Source of the DNA: Octopus vulgaris
Taxonomy: Eukaryota
Length of the DNA: 64,000 bases
NCBI GenBank assembly: GCA_951406725.2
Contig: OX597816.1
Location: 92,070,001-92,134,000, forward strand
Reading direction: 5' to 3'
The notes below the pieces were generated by a model. The model ran no database searches. It saw only the letters and a program-made list of their open reading frames with translations, and was not told where the DNA came from. Every line of letters starts with the position of its first letter. Position 1 is the first letter of the stretch. Below, one piece after another: positions 52,232 to 64,000 of this stretch. The position numbers were made by a program, and so were the translations under genes.

Positions 52232-54479
52232 CAAAATGTGGTTCTTAAGTTTCTTTTGAACTAAATGATTAATTCAATTACTTTCGAGAAGATGTTTTTC
52301 AAAATATTGCAGTGTGAGCCTTTTTTAACGTCTAACTCTTTTCCTTCTCTCTTTCCATCTTATATTTGTTTACATAATTCAGACAGCTAATTATTTGCTG
52401 AAGCCTCCACTACTATCGTGTTATCATTGTTCATGTAGTGAACAGGAATAAAATACAATTTTCCATCTCTGCACATCAGTAGTCGTGTGTTTATATAGGT
52501 TATCAATACTAAAATGTACAAATACATTTGTCGATGGAAAAGTAGTGCAGAGGATATCAGTTACTCCATTACATGTGCTAGAACCTATAGTAATTTTTGT
52601 AATATGATTTTTTGCAGTACATCCCCTTATAATTGTATGATGTTTTTTTAAAAAAAGCACTTTGAACATCAGAGATTATCAGCCTGCAATATTAAAAAAA
52701 CAAAACATTTTTATTATATAAAACGTCTTTTTCAAAAATAACAAACTGATTTGGATTTGAGGATTTATAACAGCAATACTTTCTTTTTTTTTTCCAGAAA
52801 TGTTTCGTTTGTATTTGAAGTGGTAAATATATATATGTCTTTGCATTTGAAAGCATTAGTTTGTTTACTTTCTGATAATTTAAAACTGTTATTTCAGTTC
52901 GCTTTACTAAAGATAAAAATGCAATTACAAATACATTTATATATTTCAAATGCGTTCGAAATATATATTGAACAAAACAAAATAGTATATTAATACACAT
53001 ACGCTTTAAATGCAAACGGAATATATTTATTTGCAAAGCGTTATATTCATAGACTTTCAAATGTAAGCGAAGTATAATTATCGTACAAAACATATACACT
53101 TTAAATGCGATTTTTCAATTGCAGCCAACCAAGTGGACTCTCCAACTATTTTGCTGTGATATACATACATGTATTTAACGCATTCACGCACAGAGAAACA
53201 TCACAAATACATTAATGGTTTGGCCATTTTCTACCTTTACAGAAACCTTTACAGAAAGTTTTTCTGATAATATTATTGAATTATTCTTATTGGTAGTTAC
53301 AATCATGTTAGAGAAAAACATATAATTATTATATTGATAATAATAATAATGATAATCCTTTATTTACCATCAAGGTAATGAATATTTGTGGAAGGATTCG
53401 AGTGATAGGGTAATATGAAATTACAGAGGATGTGGGTGAACGAGATTCCTGCTATTCCTAGCATACTAAACTACCGCATACAGGGTACGCTACCTTTGAG
53501 TTTAAAAGAGAGAGATTAAGACTGCGATAAGACAATGAAGGAAATTTACTTGAGCGACTGAGTAGTATTAGACAAATGCAGTATACAAAGCAGAATTAGA
53601 CATAACGTATGAGAAGAATTACACAAATTAGGAACCAAATGTGCAAATATCATTTAGCAATTAACTGAAAACCACCCATTGTTTCTGCTAGTATATTTAA
53701 TTATATTTTATACAAACTAAATTTAGGCTTATAAATATTTATCTATTATCATTTATGAAATTATCCGTAAATATTAATAAGTAATTAAAAATATTTATTT
53801 AATTTACGATTACAGGAAAACGCTAGGCACAAAAGAGCTACGATTCTGCTAAGTTAGAAATGAAAAACAAATTATCAACTAAGCATTGTAAGAGAGCAGC
53901 TGGGAGATATTTTTGAGTGAATGAGATATATTTACAGTTATATCCAAGTTCAAAATATTAAAAAAGAGAAGACATTCTGTTTTCTAAAAAAAAAAAAAAA
54001 TTTTTTTTCATATTAGGTCTTAAAATTTTATGTGCATTTCAAAAAATAGCTAGAAAAGGAAACAACATATACGGTGCGTGCACACACACACAGACACGCG
54101 CGCACGTATACACAGAGGCACAGATATGCACTCATATGCCAGAACAATTAGATTCTTTAATAAATGAGCATTATAATAAGACCCATGTGTCTTTATCCTT
54201 GGTTACCATACAAGAATATAAAGGTCAATTTTCCAATATTATGGGATAGTCATTCCACCCTAGAGACCGTACGAAAAAAACGAAAAAAAAAAATCTTAGC
54301 TCATCTAATCCTTTGGAATTAATGTTATCACTATTGTAATCTACGAAAAGGCCAACAAGATGAGTGCCAATATTAAGACCGTTACAGACTGCCAATAAAA
54401 CTTGAACTTAATATGCACGCATGCATATAAAGATACAAAGTTTCATCGTTGGAATATAGTCAGCAAAAGCAAAATCACA

Positions 54480-57330
54480 TTTTAAGATTGCATAATTTTA
54501 CTCTTCTACTTACAAATTATATTTGTAATGTGCGAGTTAAGTGCTTGATTTATCTTAATGAGAAACCTTAGCTTATCCAAGTTGTTACTTAAGAATTTAC
54601 TCACAAAAACATGTGCACCAATTATTATTGATATAAATATGAATTTATAATCTGGATATAGAAGCTGGAGGTTTGGAAGGAGCTGTCCATATTTATCCTC
54701 TTTCTCTTTGATTTTCATAGAGATATTTCCATCAGCAAGACAGCTGGCCTCTATGATGGTGCATACTTTTTCTTGTCTGTCCCAGACAACAATATCCAGT
54801 CTGTTATGCCTACACTTGACAGATATCTTGATGGGAATGTTCCACTAATATTCCTTGTGTTGATATTTGTGTACATATTAAATAACAGGGAAATTCTCTA
54901 TATTTATTCCAGGACAGTCTTTTTTCCGAATAGCATTGTATGTTGTTTTTGCGAAAACGTCATCTCACATAGGTGTGTAGTACCTTGAGAACATTTTTGA
55001 GCAACTGCTAATGGCATGTGTGATGACTTGCATAGAAATATGACATAATCTACATTTTCTGTTGCATCTTCACGCTCCAAGATCTCCACTGCCTGTTGCT
55101 TATTAGGTATTTCGTAGGAATTTCCTGTTCCTGGTTTGCAAATGCCTTCGAAGTGTGATGTAGCAGCCACAAGTCCAAGAGAGTTTGCGCTTCATGTCAA
55201 TATTAGTATCTTCTTCAAATCTTTGGGAACATACTTATGCATAATCTTTTTTTATATATAACCGAGCGTTTCACAACCAGGTCTTCTCTGAGGTATCTTA
55301 GTCCAGTTGATTTGAGATTATATGAGAGGTTGTCAAGGCTTCCTGAGGAACTCGCTGCTGACACGTAAGATATTGTTCTCTTCCCTTTTTAACACTAAAT
55401 TGATATTTTTTGCTGCTCTCTTTTAGGAAATGCTGTTTGAGAGAGACTATATGACATTAGAAGGCTATCTGCACTGATCTCAAGCCTCTGCCTCTTTTAT
55501 CTGTTCTTAGGTAGAGCTTGTTGATATTAAAATTTCTGTCGAGATTTCCCGTTGATGTCAGTATCTTACAGGTTTTAATGTCTCTGTGTATATTTATGTA
55601 TGTATGTATGTATGTATGTATGTATGTATGTATGTATGTATGTATGTATGTATGTATGTATGTATGTATGTATGTATGTATGTATGTATGTGTGTATGTA
55701 TGTATGTATGTATGTATGTATGTATGTATGTATGTATGTATGTATGCATGCATGTATGTATGCATGTATGCATATATGTATGTATGCCATTGTTCAGTTT
55801 TATTTCAAGATTTCTTGTCAATAGAGAAAGAGCCAGTTTCTAGCCTAGATCAAAGGCTTCTTCACTGGAATTTCAACATAAACAACAGGGTATTTTTGTA
55901 TGGCCGTATGCATGCATGTATGTATGTATGTATATATGTGGGAACATTTTTATGTTTTGCTTTATGCATGTTGCATATCTAGACATGCTCATATATATTT
56001 AAATGTTAAACTTCTGATAAGTTTTACAGATTTTACAGTTCCAGTGATAGATTGGATCTGTAGTCTTTGAATTAGCCTCCTCCTTTATGGTTTTGAGAAG
56101 CCTAATTTCTCAATATTCTTTATTCTTTATTCGACTGTAACATTCTTTAGAGACACGTATTTTGTTACAGGTGCCATTGTTAAATATGTTTTCATCCACT
56201 CCTCGATACCTGTAACATTCCTCGTCAGATATAGGGGAAACATTCAAATCATTGATGGAGATGTTACAAGTATGGTTTATAGTTTTCCTCCTTTCCACAA
56301 CCATATAACAACATTTATCCTGACCAAGCTCCGACTCTACATCCTTTGAGAATGTTGCAACTAGGTCAAGGATCTTCTTCATCTCATACATATTCTTCGC
56401 AAAAAGTTTCAAGTCATCCACAAAGAAACAGTGTGTCATGCTTCAGACTTCCTTAACATGAATGACGAGAGGGCTTTCAGAAAGTATAAACAACACCAGA
56501 GAGAGGTTATCCCCTTGGAATATGTATTTGCGATACTGTATTCTATCAGTGATAATACAGTCACACTTTGTGTTTAATTTCAAGATAGAGGCCCACGATG
56601 AAGTCAGATCAGCTATGGATTTGTCTATGCTGAGTGGGACTTTAGCAAGTTGAAGAGCTTCTAGTATCCACTAGTGGAGAATAGAGTCAAAGGTTTTCTT
56701 GTAGTCTTGTCACATTGAAACTAGGTTCCTCCTATGCTCTCGCACCTCTGACATCACAATTTTGTTGATTATAAATTGCTCGGCACATCCCCAGACTCCC
56801 TTCTTCCCAGCTGCTTATTCTGCTCTGATGATGTTATTGGTTTCACAATGATCTTGGAGGAAGCGGTTTAAGCATGCTGTATACACCTTATACATTAAGT
56901 GCTGGCATGCAATTGGTTGGTAGCTTTTTGTCATGTGCTTGGTTCTGCAGTTGGGATCAATTTTATCTCTGCCAGTGTTAACCAGTGCGGTATGCTACTG
57001 TTCCCATTGATAGCTTGCTGGTACAGGTTGATAAGATATAGTCGGTAGAAGGTTGGCTTCTTGTACCAATATCCAACAATCAACTTTCTTCCAGGTGCTT
57101 TTCCATCCTGAAGTTTCTGGATCACAACTGCAAAAGTTTCACCATCAATGTTGTATGTTTTGGATGGAACGTAGGAGTAATAACTTCTTCGGATTTCTTC
57201 CAGCCACAGAGCATTTTGGTTAAACTCCTTCTCCTCTCTCCAGATTATTCTTTAGAAGGAGTGCACGTCTTCTCGTGAAGGAGATTCTGTGATATTCACT
57301 GCTCCTCCTCTCATGTCACTGTATACTGCA
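54480..57330 (-). mobile_element. Decayed R4/Dong-like non-LTR retrotransposon (RT, zinc knuckle, RLE endonuclease), interrupted at about 55585-56105
   Basis: KAPGRKLIVGYWYK, PIACQHLMYKVYT, GKKGVWGCAEQFIINK, DYKKTFDSILH, IFQGDNLS, THCFFVDDLKLFA, LYLRTDKRGRGL, TSHFEG, HNRLDIVVWD and KEDKYGQLLPNL occur in canonical order. Confidence 0.88.
55595..55786. repeat. (TATG)n microsatellite within a secondary insertion in the LINE
   Basis: Directly visible. Confidence 0.95.
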
Positions 57331-58195
57331 TCCTGTTTCCGGTTAAATTTTTATTTATTGTTCTTCTCTCCGTTATACCCTTCTGATGTTGGATTTGGTT
57401 GGACGTGACCTATTTATTTTGTCCTAAGAATTATTGTTATTTTTCATATTGTCCAAATTTATTCTTTGTAATTTAGCGAGTGTCTCTTGATTTAAGAGTT
57501 CATTGATTCGCATACTTTCCTTTTTATCATATTTTTCAAAATATTTCCTCTTTTTTTATTTTCAGCTGCGTAGTTATTAGCAGATCTTAAGGTAAGTGTA
57601 AATTGGCAGAGCTATTAGATGAGCAAACAAAATTCCTTGAAGCGTATGGCTACGTTGCATTATGTGCTGAAATAGAATCATTACAACTTGATAAAATAAA
57701 GTACGAGTCAAGTGATAGAGTTATATTAAAGTACATCTCTGACTCTCTAAAAAACCCCTGGCCTTGTGCCTGTCTAACAAATTAATATGTACTAGAAAAC
57801 TAAAAAATCGGACGTCACTGTTATCTTCGGCTAAAAAGTAAATTTTACCGGAATTACCTAACGGAAAATATTTTTAAAAATTCATTTTCCGACAAAGGCA
57901 TCAAAATATTTGAACGTCTACCACATTGTCCCGGGGTGAAAAAGAAGTTCGTTGAAACATTGTTTTTAACTGTAAATATTTCTGCCATTGGTCATTTGCA
58001 ATATTTAATTACGTTGCATGATGGCTGTCTCAGAAGTAGGAGGATGTGTTGGTCTCGGTGTTGGCAGCAGTAGTCTCAATGACGTGAACAAACACGCCCA
58101 AAATTATTTTCAAATACAAAAATAGATAGAAAAGAAATATAAAAAGTAATATAAAAATTAGACAGACATAGCTTACAGCTACACAACAGCGCGCG

Positions 58196-58283
<88 letters not shown>

Positions 58284-58487
58284 GACACACACACACACAA
58301 ACACACGCAGGCACACACACACACACAAAATTAATGTTGAAAAACTTAATTCGGATGGAGGAAAAAGAAGATAAACTGTTCAAACCTCATCGACAACAAA
58401 ACTAGTAGCAACAACATGCCATCTTTTGCAAACATTTAAGGTTAGAAGAAGCTGCATGATATTAGATGAAATAGAAAAGTATACGTG

Positions 58488-58574
<87 letters not shown>

Positions 58575-58580
<6 letters not shown>

Positions 58581-58740
58581 TTGAAAACCGGTGCTGGTGC
58601 GTTATGTCCCCGTAAAAGAGACCGATAGAATAAGTACCAGGCTTAAAAATGTACTGGGATCGATTCATTCGATTAAAATTCCTCAAGGCAGTGCCCTAGC
58701 ATGGCCGTAGTCTAGAGACCGAAGCAAATAAAAAAATAAA
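58575..58740 (+). mobile_element. SINE family A, 3' half after (TG)n
   Basis: aaccggtgctggtg..ccccgtaa..agagaccgatagaataagtaccaggctt..agcatggccg.agtc. Confidence 0.75.
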
Positions 58741-58819
58741 AAATAATGCCGGAGTAAATGACGAAATAAAGACAAAACAATCACGTATTTGTTATTAGAG
58801 AAGTTTCAGAAGGCGATGA

Positions 58820-59255
58820 CGAAGAAGCTTGAGAAAATCCTCAATGGCTGAGAAGAAAAACAAGACCAAGATCCATAAATTGAACTGTTATGTCTGCTCT
58901 GTGTTAATGTATAGAAGTGGGGGCTTGGAGAACTGAAATGTGGATCTTAAGTGTTGAATGAAGAAGTGATGACTTGGGCTGTGGTAAATAGAAAACTGCT
59001 TTGTGAAATAAAAGCCAAGCAACTGAGATATTTTGGTCATCTGATGGGGAAAGAGGTCTGGAGAACTTAGAGGTGACCGGAAAGATTGAAGGGGAAAATA
59101 TGTAGAGGAAGGAGAGGGGCAATATGAGTCAGGCTTGAGGAACTGGTTAGAAGAAAGAGTCATTGAACATTAGGAAATGTAACAGAAAACAGTGAACAGA
59201 GAATTATGGTAGGGCATGATTGCTTATGTCCTACATTCTGAACATGGCACCTAAA
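58820..59255 (+). mobile_element. RTE-type LINE extreme 3' fragment
   Basis: KQLRYFGHLM, GLENLEVTGKIEG and RGRR, typical of RTE ORF C-termini, followed by an A-rich end. Confidence 0.65.
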
Positions 59256-59437
59256 AAAGAAACAAGATGTCTATGCTAAGAAACAAGGAAGTTCTTTTTA
59301 TTTTCAAAGGAACAAGTGCAGCAAGCGTTTTCAGATACACTGACTGAAATATGGTCACTGCCTGGAGTCGAACTCGTGATCTTAGTAACCCACGCTCTTA
59401 ACCACTACGTGGGCAATTATGAAGTGAATATTAGGGC

Positions 59438-59940
59438 TTATAAATCTAATATTCTCCTATCCTTCCTTAATACCGATTCCCATATGCTGTTCATATCTGC
59501 ACTCGGTCTGCTTAGGAGGTTGTTGTGTCCTAGCATATGTGCTGCTTCTTTTAGTCTTCGTATTTTCCAGTAGTGTTCTCTGTCTATTATTTTAACTTCA
59601 TTCCACAGGGGGAGGTGGTCTCCATTTTTCCATACATGATCAGCTATACCCGATTTATCTATATCTCCTCGTGTCACAGCTTTGCGATGTTCCTCTACCC
59701 TTGTTTTGAGGGGGCGGCATGTATAACCTACCACAACTGCATGGGATAGAGTACACACAGTTCTTAGTCATATTCTCTTCTATTGGTGGTTTTACTCGAA
59801 GGAGATATTTGCGAAATGTTGCATTACTTTTGAATACTGTCCTGATGTCATATATGTCGCATATCTTTTGTATCTTTTCGGAGAGGTTTTTCACGTAGGG
59901 TAGACAGACTGTGGACAGTTTATCGGTTTCATCCTCTCTG
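59438..59940 (-). mobile_element. Penelope-like element GIY-YIG endonuclease region, frameshifted and 5'-truncated
   Basis: VCLPYVKNLSEKIQKI..IRTVFKS..KNCVYSIPCSCGRLY / TCRPLKTRVEEHRKA..KSGIADHVW..WNEVKIIDRE..RRLKEAAH. The two track ORFs (59655..60125 and 59438..59758) join through a frameshift at the YIG motif. Confidence 0.88.
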
Positions 59941-62289
59941 AACGTTAGATTACTCAGCTCGTGATCAACAAAAACTACCTCTCTCATGTCTTTTTCTCCA
60001 ACCAATATGGTCGTACACAGAGTGGGCTGCATAAATACATATACCTGGGGGGTGGCTTGGAAGCAAATATCTTCCTTGTTTAAAGGTCTCAGGTTACTTG
60101 GTGTAGATATATTAACCATCAACAAAACTCGAATTTTCAGGACAAACGAACTCGTGCCAAACTTATTAGTGTCTCTTAATTTGTAAGAGACTCTAACTAA
60201 TAAAACGCTCTTAGATCCTAAAATTCTTCTAAAAAAAGATATCTGGTTATCAGGATATTAAATGTTCAGTGGAATATATGGAAACTGTGGAATGCCTTTA
60301 AACTATTTTGAATGGAGGCAGAAATAATCGCTACGTTCTGGAAACAGCCTTAAAATGATGGATGCTCTGGTAATGATTAAAAAGAAAAAGACAATGTATG
60401 AGATGCTAAACACACACACATACACATACACAAACACACACACAATAACACAATGAAGCGCAGTGTTTATCTTAGAATATTATCAGCACAAAATATAAAA
60501 AGAGGTACATCCCACCTAATGTATATAACAGAACTGTGAACAGTAATAGAATGAACCTACGTAGTTAGAATGAGTAAACTAAGGTTAAGAAGATAATGAC
60601 ACTAATAATACTATCGCCAATACTACTGCCAACATCAATAAGAGATAGAATAAGTAATAACGCTAGCATTGATAATTGGGCAAAACAAATGATATTGAAA
60701 GAAAATAACGTCCAACAAAATTCTACTAAAGAACTATAAACATACGAAGAAAAAATTTTGCAAAAATAGACTGAATAATATAAATGTATATAAAGTTTGG
60801 TATATAGAGAAGAAATTCATATAGAATTAAAAAAAAAAGATGTAAAGAAAAGTATTGAAATATCAAGACGTAGAAAAATTCACGAATTGCAAGCAAAAGG
60901 GACACATTGTTTTATAACTAGCGCTTTTCTTAGTCCAGCATCTTAATGAACCATTCTGGCTGCGAAGAAGAAGAAAAAATGTTGTGTGTAATAATAACTA
61001 TGGTAGGTTGACTTGGAAATAGAATAAGAAAAAAAAATTTCCCAACTACCCAAGACTAGTCATTACCAAGAAATGTAATCAGACATTTATATACGATCAC
61101 AATCACTCACCATTGGTTTAGTAAATGTAGTAACTGTCTACGCTAGCAGTTCGTTTTCCAGCCGAACGAACACACACACACACACGCGCGCACACACACA
61201 CACATACACACACACACGCACTGACACATACGCACATACAGAAACACGCGAACACAGAAGACACACATATGAAACATGTGTTTTGTTTGAGTATTCGTTA
61301 GGCTTGAAAACGAACTGTTATATATAATATATATCCACACACACACATACACACACTCACATGCACGCACACACATACACGCAAGCACCTACTCACACAT
61401 ACACACACACATACATATCTTTTCGAGTGTGAGCGCGCGCGTGTTTAAAAATGATAGAAAAATATATTTCACCAAACTCTGGTAGTTAATAAGGCTAGTT
61501 CTTAGCTTCGATTTTGACATCGTTAAGTTGATGAAAGAAAAATCTTTCCATCGCAGGTGTTAACTTTAGAAAGACAATTTGATACACAAGGACAAGTATA
61601 TCCTGACACACAACTTCACACACACTGTTACGCATAGTCATACAGTTACACGCATTCTAGACATAATAGAGGAAATTGTTCTGCCAAAGGAGAAATAACA
61701 TTTGCATCGTAAATTAAATTCCTTGGTGCCATTGCGAAAGATTTTCAATAGTTGGCTGGTATATAGTTGTAATCATGAGCAACAAGAGAAAAATACGCAA
61801 AGATATACTTCAAAATATGATGTCTGTAGATTCTTTTCATTGAAAGTGAAGAAAAATGCGTAAGTAGCAGAAAGCGATATACATTGCTGAGGCGTTTTGA
61901 CAAACTATAAGATTAACTCTGTGCTAATTGGTTACCTATTCGCTTGTAACTTTTGTTAGAAAGTGAACTGCTGGTAATGTAAATGATGTTGATGTTAAGC
62001 TTGATATTTATCTGTTTATCTACGCTCCTTTATGTGCTGAGTACATCTCTCTCTGGGGCTGACTCTGTCTTTCATCTTTGCGGTTCGATAAAACAGTATC
62101 AATGAATTGTATACTGACTCAATATAATCGACTGTTTTCTCCTTTTCAAATTTCTGGCTGTATATTAGAGATTCGTGACTGCTCTAGAATATCCCATAGC
62201 ATTAGTACCATGAGACAACGAAAAAGTGGTATTTTAATGTTGCAGATGCACGTGACTTCAAACCTTGACTTGCGTTAAACTTGGATTAT

Positions 62290-63003
62290 TGCAAGGAGAG
62301 GCTGTACTGAACGACCAACCTCTCTTGTCCCTGATTTTCTTAACCGGTATCTGAGCCAGATTCACTCCAAAATCGGTCATCCTGGTGGTTTGCTCTCTGT
62401 TCGTTGTCAAATTTCTTTTCATCAGTGAACATCAGGTTGAGCAGCGTGCCTTCAGCTATCTGACGTAGGATAACACGACTACTCTCCAGTCTCGTGGCCC
62501 TATAAACTTACTTGAGCTCATAACGCTGGACCACCTTGTAGGGATGAGTCGTGAGGTCTCCATCATTCGTTACATTGTTGCTCGGCTTATTTTTGCTGTG
62601 ACAACCAGTTTTCTGACGGAACGACGAGGATTTCGACGTATTCTTTCTCTGGTAGTTGTGATAGTCAGAGGGGCCCGCACAATTCATTTTTGACCCTGCC
62701 CAGGTCGATCAGCAGTGGAACCAGTCTCTTGAAATTTCTTGACAATTTTCCAGACTGTCGTTCGGTTAATTTTAAGCTTTTTTGCTATAGCTGTATCAAT
62801 TTCGCCTCCTTTATGGGGGAGGGGGGTTATGATTGTATTTCGATTTATAGATATTATCTAATTTACACCTCTGAATTTATCTGGTCTGAAACAAAAAGAA
62901 GATGCACTACGTTTTATAATGATATATCATTTTCATATCTTATCATATTTATCGATAGTATTAAAACCCAAAACTTCGCTTGCCTTTATTTCTGGACACC
63001 GTA
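62290..63003 (-). mobile_element. Tc1/mariner-superfamily (maT/DD37D-like) transposon 5' half with one terminal repeat
   Basis: NRTTVWKIVKKFQETGSTADRPG, RERIRRNPRRSVRKL and LMFTDEKKFDNEQRANHQDDRFW. The terminus TACGGTGTCCAGAAATAAAGG lies next to (TA)n at about 63003. Confidence 0.8.
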
Positions 63004-63325
63004 TATATATTATTTAAAATAGTTTAATTCGGTTCTGTACAACTTCAAGTTTCGCAGACCTCTAACGGGAGTCCTACAGGCGATGGATTGCCGAATGAAG
63101 AGGCATACACACACACAAACAAGCGCGCGCGTGCACGTATATATATATATATGTATATATACTACTAATATAGGATAACATTTTTTCAGAAAAAAATTCA
63201 TCAAAAGTGGTAGCATATTAAAATACCTTTAAAGGTTAAAATTATAAACAACTTATAAACAAGGGCAAAAGAAAAATTGTATATATATATATATATATAT
63301 AGCTTACCCGCAGATTTAGGGGTAT

Positions 63326-63388
63326 CTTAGATTTCGAATCCATATTTGTGAACCAAATGTTCTACAAATATGGATTTAGAAACTTAAG
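63326..63388. other. 63-nt hairpin, pre-miRNA-like
   Basis: Perfect 13-bp aatccatatttgt/acaaatatggatt, extended inward by gaac/gttc and outward by cttagatttc/gaaacttaag. Confidence 0.5.
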
Positions 63389-64000
63389 GAAGCCTTAACT
63401 GTGCCGGCAGACTATATAATTTTTCACTGTCAGCTCTAGAGACTATATTGAGCGCTCTTCTTTCACTTCTGGCCTTTCTGCGGAAGCTTTCGACACCACA
63501 CCCAAGCACGCACATACACACACACAAGCCGTTGTCTATTCTGAGATCGTCTGTCCTTTGATATACTAGAGGCTATCCAATATCTTCCCTCTTTACCAAG
63601 CAGGCTTGGTGAAGCAGTCGGTTTGGTCACTTCCAACACGACCAAAAAAATGCTGTACAAGTCTATAAGTTACCCCTAGCGATTTGATATGCTGGTGGAT
63701 GACAGAATCACTAGACAGTCTGACAACATAACTTACAGTTCTTGATACGCCTTTTTACTTCCTTGAACATCATTGCTAAAATGATGTAAGGATAAGGCTG
63801 ATAAAATAAGTACCTGTCAAGTACTGTTTCAGGTTAATACTCTGCGCTACATTCTTTCAAATTGTTGGTAATATGATCAATTATATTTGATAATAATTCC
63901 ATCATATTTAGGTGGTGAGTGGCATAATTTACATAGAGGTGGACTGAGTCTTACTTCGCTTTACCTACGAGGTTTAAATCAGGCATGGAGACAACCTTTT

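Noticed and set aside
57566-57591. Plus-strand 26-nt microexon with strong acceptor and AAG|GTAAGT donor
   Set aside because: It has stops in all three frames, and the donor coincides with the decayed head of a family C SINE. No supporting plus-strand gene is evident.

Overview
AT-rich, microsatellite-dense animal genomic DNA. The tRNA-derived SINE families and Penelope-type repeat ends resemble those of Octopus; this is my recognition, not a database result. Almost all ORFs in the supplied track are translated microsatellites. The only complete, recognisable gene is an intronless, divergent Tektin-3/5-class CDS (1296-2756, +). Most of the rest is decayed mobile DNA: three groups of SINE, RTE, L1/Tx1, CR1-group and R4/Dong-like LINE relics, Penelope-like element (PLE) relics with GIY-YIG endonuclease, and two Tc1/mariner relics. 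Several unique-sequence islands with minus-strand splice signals (about 63.3, 51.0, 42.9/41.8, 21.5 and 17.1 kb) suggest the window lies within a large minus-strand gene with several promoters. The most notable RNA-level signals are two type I hammerhead ribozyme folds in short non-coding PLE-type units next to (TA)n tracts (52018-52097, inside a 345-bp unit with 49-bp inverted ends; and a minimal variant at 38792-38840), a 318-bp foldback palindrome (38963-39280), and two pre-miRNA-like hairpins. Repeat boundaries were read by eye and are approximate.
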